Assembly: GCA_028023455.1 (NCBI GenBank)
Contig: JAQFVV010000010.1
Location: forward strand, 5,518,001 to 5,582,000
Direction: 5' to 3'
DNA length: 64,000 nt
Source of the DNA: Epiperipatus broadwayi
Taxonomy: Eukaryota > Animalia > Onychophora
How positions within the stretch are numbered: position 1 is the first letter of the stretch; every line of letters begins with the position of its first letter. The notes under the pieces were generated by a model. The model was given only the letters and a program-made list of their open reading frames with translations. It searched no databases and was not told where the DNA came from. Below, one piece after another: positions 24,145 to 38,789 of this stretch. Both the position numbers and the translations under genes were made by a program.

Positions 24145-27100
24145 GATTATTTCGTGGATATGAAATACTTTATATTGTTATGGTAAAGGAAAAAATAAAT
24201 GAATCTAAAAGTTAAGCAAATAAAACTACAAAACATGATTGAAAAATATATAGTCATCAATGAAGACACTAATTAAAAAAGAACCAAACTATAAATCAGT
24301 ATTATAGTAATCATGGGTAGAGACAATAAGATTTTTTTTTAAAATAGATAAACCGTTCATTGACATCTAGCTATTCTTAACTTTTACCAAGATAATCTGA
24401 TTTAGTTAGATGAGTGACTATTTACTGACTATAAAAGTATTATAAAACCAAGAGGCTAAGCGTATAATTTGGTTTTAGTATCATATACTTATAGATGTAT
24501 ACATGTAAAAAATAAAATTAAATAAAAATAAATGGTAAAGAGAGAAAGAAGAAAAGAAAAAAATACATCACTTTGCACTGTTTTTGTGAGAAACATAATT
24601 TTGAATTTTAACAATGTGCTATTAATAACATTACACACATAACAAAATTACATTTAACCTATATAAAAAGAATATTTAATGGAAGGCTGAATATGGCTTT
24701 GAATATCTATTTGGAGAAAAAAACATTTTTACCTTTAAATCACAATCAAGACTGAAAAGCAAACTTTAGCAATAGAGAAAATAGGAATCAGCTAAAAACA
24801 GTCAAAGATAATATGAATTATTATTGTTTGGAGAATTTAACTAAAAAATTAAATATGAAGTAATTTCATTAAACTCATGATGAAATGATAAGATTGAATT
24901 TTAAAAATAATTCTTTTCTAAAGAATAATTTTTTTTAAAGACCAGCATTTTTAATAAAGAATGCTGTATTTTATCATTATACAGGGAAATTATAAAGTAA
25001 AATAAAAGCTGCAAATACAGAATCTGACAAACATCATAGTATTAATAAAATAGTTATTAAATAAATATCACTATCCTAAACTGATTTTTTTAAAAAAAGC
25101 AAACAAATAAATATTCTGCTACAAGTCTAATCATCCCAAGCAAATGTGAATTTTACCTAACTTCTGAAAAATGAATTAGACGAGTTACATTGGGCAAAAG
25201 ATCACTAGTAAAGGAATATATAAACACACACAATCTAAAAAAAAAAATCATTAAAATAACTGTTATATATATACACAACACTTCTTTAAGTGTCTTCAAG
25301 GTAAAGAAATAACTGAAAATTTAACAATTTTTTCAACTTTAAACAAAAAATTATCTGATTTAAATATACTGGTCTTTTATTAATAGCTTTTAATTTTTTC
25401 ATCTGCATACATTTTACTCTTTTCTTTTATAAAGATAGCCAGAAAGATATAAATCACCAAAAGGAAATGTATCAACAAAACTATTACAGTATATGTATTA
25501 TCCAAAAATACCAGATACTCATCATAGTCTGATCTTGAGAAAATGTGCACTTTGGTTAACATTATTGTTTTCATGACAACAAGTATTTGAAATTTGATGA
25601 ATTAATATAATAAATATTAACAAAAATATCCAACCCTTTGCAATAGTACAACTTTGTTTCTAACTTCAAGTAATTCTATTTCTCAGACAACATTTGACTA
25701 TCATTGGCACCTTTTTCAAATGAAGAATTTTCTACTAATTGCGAGTAATCCTTATAAAAAACTATTTTACTAATATAAGCTCTTATATTATTACACTTTT
25801 GTTGCTAGAGCAGCCAGAATAGTAGTATTCTTTTTCCCAAAATATCTGACAACTTTTTAAAAAAGTTTATAATTTTTTATAATATTAACTGCTATAATTA
25901 TATTTCAACAGCTAAGTTTACTAAAACTAAAATTTTGTTTATACCTGTAATCAAAAGTTAAGAGATTTTTAATGTTTTTATAATTGATTATATCTCAGTT
26001 AAAAATTTGTAATAAATAAAAAATTCAAATTATCATCTCAATATATTCAACAACATATTTCAATTTTTGAGTAACAAAAAATTTGTACATGAATACCTGC
26101 GAGAAAACTCGCTCACTACTTTTATCAATGATTAAATTATTTAAAATAATAATGTTGATGAATAAATCAGCTTAAATTATAATATCATTAAGCAAATTTA
26201 GGAACATAGGTGAACACAATCTGATGTGCCATAATATTAATTTGAATGAATTTGTATAATCTTTTAGCAGAACAATTAAAAGATCATGACAATTGTTACC
26301 CACATTGAAAAATTCTGTTCAAATTATTAAAAAAATCCAAAAAACACTCAACATTCAGAAGATAATCCATTTTTTTTGTTGTGTGTTTTTTTTTTTTAAA
26401 TAAAAATGTATAACATATAAAGGAGTAACCAGTAAGTAAAAACAAAGAAAAATAACTTACATGATTTAAAAGTTATATTGCTATAAATTTAGGTTAAGCA
26501 CAATTATTTCTGCAATTAATAATTAGCACAAATTAATTTTAAGATAGATGATATTTCATTTCATTGTCAACAAAAATTCAATACTCATTATTTTTGCAAT
26601 TCATCATTATTAATTCATTACCACTATTAAACATAAAAATACAGAACAATTTTTAGCTAACGTTATATATTATTATTATTAATTTTTAACAAGTTGACAC
26701 TAACCATTAAAAATCAATTATGAAATTCAATTTATTAAAAATTGGATTTATCAAATGACCTACATTTTGTTTATAAGAATCTAAATATTTATGCAAACAA
26801 TTTAGTACAATCCTCTCAATTTATTTTTTTCACATTTTTGTACTTTATTTTAGCCAAATTTAAGAAGCTATTAAAATTAGATTTAAAAATCTTATTCCAA
26901 AATGTAATATATAATGAGAAAAATAAATTACCTGCAATAAAATAAATTAAAGCAAGTTGATTCATAAAATGATTAACAATGCAGAACTGAAACTAACTCT
27001 GAACCTGAAGTAATGAAAGTATCATCACAATAGTTATATCTTTTAACAAAATAAATATCTTTTGTTTTTATATTCACTGAATCAATATCAATGATCAATT

Positions 27101-28641
27101 GACCACTTTAGATTAACCTGGAAATTTTATCTTCCAGCTAATCGTAACTAGATACTCATTTACAACCCAATAATTTAATGACTTGTTAACTAAAAAATAT
27201 TTTGACTTACATTAGACTAGATTTAAACCCTCAGGATATAATCACAGCAAGTATATATATAATCGCAGGGATTAATCTTTTTTAAAATAACAAACAGTGA
27301 AATAAAGTTGTATGCTTTAATTTAAATAAACTTTCAAATGATTATGCAATTATTGATAGAGCAAAACTACTAAAAAATACACATAGAATTGAATATTTTT
27401 AAAAAAATGTACTTGTCCAACGTAGAGACAAATTGGTATAATTAATAACAATTTTAATAAATCTATAAATAAATTATTTCTTCAAATATGTAGTAATAAA
27501 AACATAAATGTATTTACACAGCACCTAAGTCCAAATATATACTGCAATAATTCACAAGTCAGATTCCTAAATGATCATTTTTAAATAAACTTGCAAACAA
27601 TACCACTTAATCAGATCATTGCCTATCTTTTGATCAAAGAAGAGAGGCCAGTTTTAAGAATTTGACTCATGAATTATTGCAGTAATATATTCAATTTAAT
27701 TCTTTGTGAATAAGTTTGTATAATAATTAATATTCTTAAAAGAGCAAACAATAGTATTTGTCATTATCTGTTTGGCTCAATGTAATAAAAAAAAAGTTTC
27801 CAAATAGATTCTTGACTGGAAAAAAGTACAAAAAAAAAAAGACAAAAATTTTTAATCTAAGTGAATTAAATTGTTCTATTTAATATTTAAGTGATTAATC
27901 ATCATAATCCATATAATAAATATATATAATATTTAAGTTAATGAATATCAAAAACAAATAATTTTCAAACAGATTTGTAAGTAAATTAATTAACAAATTA
28001 ATAATTATCTTATAAAGTTATCATATCTGAATGACATAAAATTACTTTTCACATTTAGAAATTCTCATGATCACAATCAGAAAGATGTTTTTACAGAAAT
28101 CCCACACATATAGTGATTTAAGTTCAGTGATAAAGCACAAATCTTTTCATCAATTTTGCAAAAGATATGCATCACTTTCTAGAAAGTTTCTTGCAAATGC
28201 AGATATCAAGCAGAAAATAAAATAAAAAATAACTCTCAAAATCTCTCATTTTTATAAATAATGAGAATAAACTGAATAAAATATTTCTGTAGAAATCAAA
28301 ATCTTGTGAATATTTCAGAGCGTATACTAAAGCAATCAAATATTCATTTAATAATACAACAACCTAACAGTTACATTTATCTGGCAGTACTATTTGATAA
28401 ATGTAAATATTAAGTTTGCGGTCTTATTTATTAATTGAATCCAGTATACTACTAAAACCATTTATATAAAATCAATTAGATGAATATATAATATATATGA
28501 TGATTATATATATAAGTATTTAAACTCATTATATATATAATAAACAATGAAGTTTTTAATCTTTCAGGGAACAATTACATTAAGTATCTAGGATCAAAAT
28601 CATGTTAGGTATATAAGTAATTGGATACTTTAGTATTAGAG

Positions 28642-28881
28642 CTGCAATATGGAGCATGTATTAGACCTACAGTGACTGTTCACATTCATATCAATCCACT
28701 GATAACTTTGTAATCTTGGGATCTGACCAAAATAATGTACACAACTTTTTTTGGCAAAAAACAAAAAACAAATGTGTACGCAGATCTTGTACATGGTATT
28801 TTGGCAAGATTTACAAAATTTCCAGAGGTTGATAGGAATACGAACAGACGCAGTAAGTCTAATACATGCTCCATGTTGCAG
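28642..28881. repeat. Foldback/MITE-like element, arms about 100 bp
   Basis: Outer 27 bp GCAATATGGAGCATGTATTAGACCTAC versus its reverse complement at 28853-28879 (2 mismatches). Similarity continues inward to an A/T-run loop. Confidence 0.85.
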
Positions 28882-30004
28882 GATTAGAAATAAAAGTAAA
28901 AACATAATATATTTATTATTTTCAATAAGAAATGTATAATTTTAAACAAGACATTCAAATATGTACGACTTGGACACTAACAACTTTTAAAAACATTTGA
29001 AATCAAAAAAAAAAAAAAATGTGATTTGCGATCTTAATGAAATGACGCCATTATACAAAAAAATTGTCACTAAGTGATTTTGGTTCTTAAATAATATTTA
29101 TAAAAACACATTAAGTATATTCATACGATATTTACTGTGTAATATATAACAGGAATTGCTGCTTTGAAACAAAAAATTTAATATTACCACAGAAAATGGA
29201 GATCTGTACTAAAAATTTTCCCTTCGAAAATGTAGCATGTGATTGCAGAGTATGCTGGAATTTTCAACAGAAATGCTAATAAACGTATTTTTTTAATAAG
29301 CAAATTAAACCAAAAAAAACAACAAAAACCACAAAAAAAAAAAAAAAAAACATTAATTATGAGACCGAAAATGTTGAAGTATTACAAAAAAATCGGATTG
29401 CCTTGATAAAGAAAAACATGCTTCCACATGGACTGGGATTTACAATAGAAAATACATATTTTTTTTGTTATAAACAAAACAAAAAAAAAAGGTACAAAAA
29501 CCACAAAAAAAAAAAAAAAATAACAACAACATATTAATTATGGAAAAAAAGATGATGTTGATAAAAGAAAAACACATTTCTATACATATACTCGCAGGGT
29601 TTATTTCCTTTTAATTTGACGTTATTGCAATATTACACATTTATTGTGGGTGTGAAAAGGCATCCTACCTCCCCTACATTGCAGATTTAATACCAAAGTA
29701 CCAGTAATTGTTTCCCATAAAATTTAATAACTTCATTGCTTGTTATATATATAATAATGAGAAGATTCATCCAAAAAAAATATATGAAGAATTTTCGTTA
29801 AATTATCAATATACAATACATAATGAAACAGACGGCCAAAAGTCAACTAACAAAATTAGCATAATTTTTCTTGTCTAAATATAAATGTAAACACACAATA
29901 AAGAATAACTTTGTTAAAAAAAGAGTGAGCCTAAAATTGAAGTGTTAGGAATTACTTTTGGTCTCTGATTTCATATCAAATTTCACTACAGTATCAAATC
30001 ATAC

Positions 30005-30136
30005 CTTAGCTGTGGTATAGTCTACCACTTTTTTTGTTGTAAGATCACACTTATTACCAACCAATAGTTTGTTAACATTTTCACAAGCATAACGATCTAT
30101 TTCTTGCAACCATTGTTTCACATTATTAAAGGATTC
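30005..30136 (-). CDS. Rab1: Rab1 coding exon ([44 protein letters not shown])
   Basis: 132 nt with the G4 motif NKCD. Acceptor ttttaaacag and donor gtatga. Joins in frame to both neighbouring exons. Confidence 0.97.
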
Positions 30137-31059
30137 CTGTTTAAAAAGTATAATAAAAAATGAGAATTTATATATTTCATAAATAATTTAAAATATGCTA
30201 ACTAAAATCTAGTAACATTTTAAGAAACAAATTTTATAAATCAATTCAATGGAGATTTTTTATTTTAAATATATTTATACAAAATTAAAATTTTTATTAA
30301 ATATATAAATTATTTTTATTGCAAATAATTTATTTTCTGCATTAGAAGCATTAATTCACTATTTATTTTACTTCACCATCATCTATTATAAGCTTGAGTA
30401 ATCAATGAATATCAAATAATGCTGTATTCATACATATAGATTAACTAGTTCCTCCTCCTCTCTGAAGAAGACCAACAGCCATAAACTAATCTAAGGATGT
30501 GGATGTGTGAATTATTGCTTCTAATGCAATGACAGATGTTTAGGGAAATAGAAAAAGCCATATGATGTTTTGTACATTGCATACTTTTAATAATGAATAT
30601 TTAAAGCATCAAAACTGCATTTGTAAGCTTATACAGAATTACATAAACTGTGACCAACACAAATAATAAACATATATATTAAACCTTAATGCCACCAAAA
30701 ATAACCTTAACATAAAAAAAAATATGTATTTACAAGTGATTAATGAAAACTTATTAATTTTATATAATACAAAAGAAAAAATAAAGATAAAAGCTCCCTT
30801 TATAATCTTAATGGTGTTATTATAACTTAATTTCTTGTCTATTCTAGTTTTAAAACAATACTTTGCAACTTTTTAATAAAGTTCATTTTACAATCCAGGT
30901 ATTGCATAAAAGTAAACAAAAGAACTTTAGTAAAGCTAAGTTATGTTAATTCATTAATAATTATTTTCATAAGATTTATTAAAAATCCAATCTATCAAAT
31001 AAGATTATTATTAAAGGTTATTTAAGTGTTCTTTTATGATGCCATTATTTTATTATCTT

Positions 31060-32400
31060 TAATTTTTAACAACTATTGATTTAATTTTATTTTCATATAG
31101 CAAAATTTTTCTATTGCTTATTTCACATCATTATAAGTTATCTGTAAAAACATAGGTTTCATTCAGCTTAAATTATCGATCATCTGAACCCTTCTATCCC
31201 TTGGTTTAGTTTTCAAATTTTCTCAGTTTAAGGCATCAGTTTTTTTCTTTATTCCTCTTGCTATCCCATAATTTTTTACATCTTTCATAATTCCTCTAAC
31301 ATACATGTATAACCTAATTCTTTTCCTTAATCCTATTGATAAATACATATTCTCTTTTTATAAATTCCATCTTTTTAATTTATAACTCTCTTTCAATTCT
31401 AAATCTATATTCTAAATAATCTTTTTTTAATATTATGATTAGTCTCTGCTTTATTTAAAACTAGATTTCAAATAAAATGCCTGACAAATCTAGCATCAAT
31501 AGAACAGAGAATAACTTTTACCCTACATCAAATGTCTATTCCACCCTTGCAATTATTATCAAATTCTTTTTATAATCATTTTCATAATAAGTTAACCAGT
31601 TTTTCAAATATGAAAAAACTAAACTATCCAAGTATTTTTCAAATTTTATCAATTTAATATTTTGTTAAGTGCAATGCATTGTTAGTTATTCATAAGTATC
31701 ACTATATCATTAGTATAACCGATGCAATTAACTTTCTAACATCTAATGTTAACTCAAACCTTATCAATAATATTCACTTAGGAAATTATATAAAAAAAAT
31801 ATTGAGAAGAGCATATAGATGATACTCTCGTCTTATATATTTTTTTCTATATCTTGATAAAACCATTTAATTTAATATTTACATTTACTATCCAAATTTT
31901 CTAATAATTATCTTTTATATCCAATCTACATATTTTTCTTCAAAATAATTTTCCCTATCAGATATCTTTTTAAAATAATGAGATATATATTATATCTTTT
32001 CTCATTTCTTTTTATATATATTTTTCAAATCAATCCGATAATACTAAGTACAGCACATTTCTTCTGCAAGATTATTTAATTTTAAAAATATCTGCATCAT
32101 ATACATATTTCATAATCTCATCATTTCTCTTTAGAATATCCAAAACAAATAATACAATTCATTCTACCAAAAGTATTTTCAAGGTTCTTTTTATACATTA
32201 ATTGTTTTCAATTTCTTGTTCTATCTTTTATAAAGCCAAAATAATTATTAGATAAAATATGTTTAATCTATTATTACACTTAATCAGGAATTTCAAAAAT
32301 AATTTAGCCTCATAATAGTTAAAACTTAAGTAAAATTTTGAAATTAACTCCCACTTTTTTTTCTTTAATTTTACAAGAACTATAACCATAATTGAACTCC
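31060..32400 (-). mobile_element. RTE-like LINE reverse transcriptase relic
   Basis: YFGFIKDR, LENTFGR, NCIGYTNDIVIL (degenerate YADD), EKYLDS and a 3' RG..R.MID motif. Heavily mutated. Confidence 0.5.
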
Positions 32401-35400
32401 ATAATGTTCTAAATAGTTATTATCTTAATTTTTCAGTAAATAATTTAATATTATATAACAAATTTAATCTAAAATAATCATAATATATATAAATGAATAC
32501 ATTTTCTGTGAAAAAAGTCAAAGTAGCAATTTTTATAAGATTAATTACCAAATTCTCTTTCAGAAAATATTTGCAAACTAAAGTTTTAAGCAATTATAGC
32601 AAGTATTCTGCATTAAAATGAACTCACAAAGAAATAAAGTAATAAATTATATTTTATAGTTAATTAAACTAAATGTTAATATTTTTTTTTTTTAATATTT
32701 AAAAAAATTAATACAATTTTTTTTTTCATTCTAAATATTAATTGAAAATAAATAAAAGCTATGAAATATAAGGAATTTTTTTTTAAAATTGTCTAATCAA
32801 TGCACCTCTTCGCATAAGTGTATTATTAACGAGTCAGTTATAGAACAGAATCACAATAACAAGCATGTGGTTTAGAACGTCTAAAAAAAATTCATTTGCA
32901 ATTCTACTCATCTATTTTTCCTCAAATGATACAAATATTTTCCACTGATTTCTGGCAATCTACAATATATATAGTTTTTATTTTTAAAAAATTTTTGCAT
33001 GTAAAAATTACAATTGCCAATACTATACATTACTAACAGCAAACATTTAATATAATACTTAATCATTCTAAGTTTTTTGTTTACAAAATAAAATGGATAT
33101 TTTTTGTTAAATTCTGTGATTAAAATAAGAAAAAATTTTAAAAGATGTGTTATGAATTTAGTCCAACCAATGATTTTTTTAAAATTCATTGTCTGCTGGT
33201 TATATATACCTGAAAAAGGGGAAAAAATTCAAATTATTCTTATAGTCAAAAAATTATTGATCTTATCTTTATTTCATATTAAAATATTTAATTTGAAGAA
33301 GAATTGCAATTTAGTTTTCTTTTTTTGTTTTAATTCACTTATTTTCAAATTATTAGAATTAATGGTTATTTTACAAGTAGTAAAATACTGATATATATAT
33401 ATATAATTGTAGCATTTTTTTTTTTTTTGTAAATGAAATAAAATTACTAAAAACATTAAATAACTAATAATTCCATCACAGAAATATAATAAATTAAAGA
33501 ATATTAATACTTTATATTTGGTAAAAACATTTTAAGTACTAAATACAATTTTCATGCATTTCAGTGATGAGCATCTTTATTAAAGGCAATAGTTGTATTT
33601 TTTTTTTTAAAAAGTAAATGTTATATTGGTGCTATCCAATAATGAATATCACCAAATATAATAAAAATCAAGATAACATAGTGATTATGGAGTCATAATT
33701 AATTCAGATCTTTCAAAAATTACATATCCAGTCTTAAATGTGAAAGAGATGCTGGCATTTCTCCAAAACTGCCCTTATTTTCCAAAATTATTTAAAATGA
33801 TATTCCATCAATTATTGGTAGATGAGTATGTAATTAACATATAATAATAAACACTCATATAGGATCATTCAAATGCCATCATTTATCTGAAATTACATCA
33901 GCTCCAAATATCTCTCAAACAAAAATATTTTCTTTACTGCAATATATAGAAGGAATAATACTTTTACTATGATGACATAGTAATAAGGGAAAGCTCAAAG
34001 AAAGACTTAATGTTTGAAAACATGTCTGTTTTTATTAATAAAAAAAAAAAACCCTGTAGTTTGGAAAAAAAAGAAACAAATGTCCAGTTATAGATAATCA
34101 GACAAAACAAATGTTTGCAGTCAAAGCAGATACGCAAATATAAAAATCATATTCGAAATCACCTGATATGATCATTATCAAATATCAGATAAAAAGCTGA
34201 TATACTGACAGAAGTAAAAGAAGCAGACAAAACTAATGACATAAACCAACTATGAAAGTCTGAAGATACTCAGATAAAAATACAAACATATTGTAATACC
34301 AGAAATTATCACATCTGAAAAATCTTTAATCTTATAAGAGAAATCTTTATGATTCTGGATTAAAAAGAAGTATGCTATACTGCATTTAGCAAAAAAGTGT
34401 GCACTTTTTTTGAAACGGAAGCACACTACATCTTTTTTTTTTTTAATGTTTTTATTTTACTTGACACAACAATTTTAACACATTTAAAAGATCGTGTATA
34501 GTTTAAAATATGATTTAGTTCAAATTATAAATCAATTTTATACTTTATTTTGCTTAGATCACATATATATATATAGGTATATTCCAGGTACCACCATTCA
34601 TATATATATATAGCTTCTTGTTATTTGGTCGTTTGCTATTATTTAAATTATTTTAAAATAATCTGTAAAAATTATATCATGCCACATCTGTGTTTAGTAT
34701 GGCGGGATGATGAAATCAAAATTTTATTAAAGACTAAATATTTGTCGAAATATATTTTAAATTGTAAACAAGATTTTAGCATTGTGTGAACTTCTTATAA
34801 TCAATTAATAATGCATTAGTCAAACTCATTCCATTCAATAAAAAAAAAGTTTGAATAGTTCGTTCTTTTTTTTTTTTATGTTTAGCAAAATAGAGATTTT
34901 TTTTTAATGTTTTGGAATACTAATGTACTTATTATTCTTACAACACTATTGTATGTGCAACTTGTTGGATCGATTTTGTGAGGTTGAATATATACATATT
35001 TTAGTGAATTTTTTAAATTGAATTTTAATTAAAGCTTTTGAAAGTTTTAATAGATTTTTCTACAGAAGCACTCATTCCATTAAATACATGGACGCTTCAT
35101 CCCTGATATATGTGAATCTTAGCAAAGAAATTTGCCTTCTAAAAAACAAAATGATTAATTATAAATAACAAAGAAATTTAAAAACATATACAGATTAATC
35201 TGACAATTATAAATATTCCACAGCTAGAAATGAATAGTGAAATTGTATAAAGCAGACATTAATCTCACATGTAAGAGAATTGCAAGAAAAGCAAATTATA
35301 AGGCTTTATATGGATTTGCAACACACAACTTTCTCAATAAATCACATTAGTTTGTAGATAAAAATATTAAGTTCAGAGTAGGGGTTAAAACAGGTTAACC

Positions 35401-37319
35401 TAACATTATTATGTGAACAAGATTTTGAACTAGGGAATTATAATATGATTAACTATTTCTTTGTAAATATATATAAATTTGAATATTACTTTATAATAAA
35501 ATATATATTATAGATTAATTATATTTAAATTTATAATTATACATTAAATAATTCTTAAATTTACAATTATATCTACTTCTCTAAGTTTTTATTTGCCATA
35601 ATCAAGTCAATGACTCTATACATTCAGTAGATTGAACATATTAACTTGATAAGTATAATAGGTGGCTAAATGCAATCAAATGGTCCGCAATGACTAAAAT
35701 GTATATGCTACACATTTATGTACATAGATATATTTTGTATAGCATTGGGATAGTGTAATTTAATGAATTTGTTAATGATTAAGGTATTATTTTGTAGATA
35801 ATTCAAGAGCTTTAGTTTTTTTCATGGTAAAGAGACAATGGGAACAAAAACAATTAAATTGCTTATAAACATTTCCCACACATCAAAATAATTAGTCCAG
35901 GAATGGTAAAACTGAAAACAAATAATTACATCAGGACAGAATTAATCATAGGAAGAGTGCAAATAGCCCCATTGTTATCCCATAAAAATATGCCTTCAGA
36001 GATCACAAATCCATATCTTTATTATTTTCATATATCTAAAATAAGAGCATTAGGATATTTAATTTTTATTTAATATATAAAAATTTATATGCAATCAAAT
36101 TCTATTTACAAGTTGTGTGTATAATTTTTGATTTGATAATAAAATTAAACATAACAATTGTTCGTATTCATGCAAATCTAGGTATGCTTTACAATCATTT
36201 TTTGCTCTCAAATATATGATGTACTTTATTCAGAGGATGATGAATAATTGCCAGACATTCTCATTTTTAGGTTATCTGAAATGAAAAAACACAGTGTATA
36301 AACCTGCTACTATACAACAACTTGAAGTCATTTAAAAGTGAGATGAAAAAAAAAAGTTAACAATTGCTGATGGCAGTGATTGGGCAATTTTTAAAAGAAA
36401 AATTTGATATAAGAAATGGAAACGAATGACCATTGTACAAAATGTGAATGTATTATTCAATTAAAAAAACATAAAAAATAAATAAATAAGTATTGTAAAA
36501 ATGTATATAATTTTTGTTTTTGCTAATAAAGATTTTACTTTAAAAAAAAAGTCAATGAAAAAATCCTTTTTATTAATAAAATTTACTTAGAACTAAAGTT
36601 GCTGGATTACTATTTTTTGTTGAGAAAAATAGTTAAGATTTTACATAATTCATTAGTACCATAAGAGTTTCCAATCAAAAAGATAATGAATGAACTAAAC
36701 AATTATTTCAATCCTGTACCACTGAAACATAAAGTTAGACTCCATTTAGAAATAGATAGGATTATAACTAATTTTGATATACAGCCTTGAGACTTAGCTA
36801 AAAAATATTAAGAATTTATGGAGGCAATTTTTCTTGAATAGCTGTTATGAAGTAAAAAAGAAAATTAGTACTAGTCTAGGTAACAGAATTTCAAGATGGA
36901 ATTTCATAGGAATAGCCACACACAATTGTATATAAAATGTCAAATGCAAAGTCAAATCAGGAGAAAACAAATAAGCAGAAATTTAAATGGCTTGCTGTGA
37001 AAATTAGATCATACAATTCACAACTGCAAATTAATCAATGAAATATACGAGACATGTAAACAAAAAAGAAGTTAAGATGGGATTATGTTAAAAACTAACT
37101 AAAAAGAAAAACCTGACAGACTAGTATGAAGAAATAAGATCTGTGTGGAGAATAAAATTATTTAAAAGAATATTAAACATTCAACACAAATAAAAATCAA
37201 TGATAATATATTAAAAAGTGAAGGAGAAAATTATCAGATTAGTATAAAGAAACAGAATCGTATGAAGAATAAAATTAGTCAGTTGAACATTAAAAATAGT
37301 GAACTGGCAAATTCTGAAT

Positions 37320-38620
37320 ATATCATGGTAATGCTACAGATTGATAGAAGTAGATAATGACTTAAGAATACTGATATGTAAAACAAAATTTGTCAAAACA
37401 AGACTGACATCATCTGATTGCTAAATAAACATATTGATGCAACTGTATTTGTGAAAAATAAAGTAAAAGCAAAAGCGATAGTAGGATTAGAAAAAATATT
37501 GATTAAAATTAATAATAATAAAGAAAAAATAATTATATTTGTTACAAGAGATATTGCATCTACATAAGACAGGGAGTAGTTCAAATCTCTAGGGATAAAC
37601 TTTAACAAGTTAAAAAATAAATTTGGAAAAGGAAGAACAAAACAAATTTCTGAATCTGTTTAAATCAAAATTAGGCAAAATCAATATTTTCCTGATGAAG
37701 ATTAAGATCACAGACAATGCAAACCATAACATATAAACAGAGGAAAAGTCTTCTCATATAATAGAAAATCCTATAAGAATTTGTCACAAAGGAAATATTA
37801 ATGCAGCCAAAAATACTTGAATGAGTGTTAACTGTAAATAAATCTGAAGGTTTATCCTATCCCAAAAATAAGAGAAGTTTTAGCACTACTCCCAAAATAC
37901 TAGCATTCTGTGAAATTAATTTAAGGCAATCTTTCATCAGACTGACTGACAAAAAAAACCAGCAAAATTATTAATGCAGATTATACACATTGGATTACTT
38001 GAATGTAGCAACAAACTAGGAATAAAGTTTGAACAAAAGTTAATAGCTAGACAAAAAAATTAAATCAGTTTGGAGCAAAATTAAATCTAGATTGATTAAA
38101 AATACACCAAAAACATAGAAATATGAAGCAGACATAGGCCTTTCTCAGTCTTGAAAATTTTTATGATAGTTTTATAAAAGAGAAAAGCAAGGGCAAATAA
38201 ACAGAAAAAAAGATTAAAAAGATGTGGAGATCTGCTCAAAAAGAGATATTTAATTATATCAAACTCGTCTAGATCTCCAACAAGTTATTAATAACATTTC
38301 TGGAGGTTACCATTATTATGAAAAAGATCAATCACATATGCATCAGAATTATTATTAAAGGCATAGAGTAATTATAGTTAGATTGACCAAGAAGCATTGG
38401 AAATCATATTTGGTATTAATAAAAAATTTCACTAATATTTATATGATAGATCCTTTAAAATAGTTATAGATTATAATTTTTTGTTAGGTAAACTTTTAAA
38501 GTCACTGGATCACTTGAGGCCTGCAAATGATATATTGATATAACTTACAATTAGAATTTAATGTATTAAAAAAAATAGTTTAGTAAAACATGTAGATGCA
38601 TTATCCAGAATCCATAACAT
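37320..38620 (+). mobile_element. Ty3/Gypsy pol relic (protease-RT-RNase H)
   Basis: VMLQID, VYPIPKIREVL (37850), QEALEIIFGINKKFH*YLYDRSFKIVID (38388) and KHVDALSRI (about 38586). Confidence 0.75.
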
Positions 38621-38625
38621 TGAAA

Positions 38626-38775
38626 AATCATCATAACCAAGAATGACAAGTGATCATATGCTAATATTAGTAAAAGATGACCAATGTCATTTTTTATATT
38701 GAAGAATCATCATAATCAAGAATGACAAGTGATGATATGCTAATATTAGAAAAAGATGACCAATGTCATTTTTTG
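38626..38775. repeat. Tandem duplication, period 79 bp
   Basis: aatcatcataa..aagaatgacaagtgat...ccaatgtcatttttt begins at 38626 and again at 38705. Confidence 0.9.
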
Positions 38776-38789
38776 TATACTTAGCATGT

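Noticed and set aside
32908-33456. Several 60-95 aa ORFs here and elsewhere in the ORF track
   Set aside because: Low-complexity I/K/F/L-rich translations expected by chance in AT-rich DNA, with no splice or homology support.
36238-36280. Box C (ATGATGA) and box D (CTGA) snoRNA-like pair; a similar weak pair at 21995-22067
   Set aside because: Antisense to the host gene, too short or box C mismatched, and no terminal stem.
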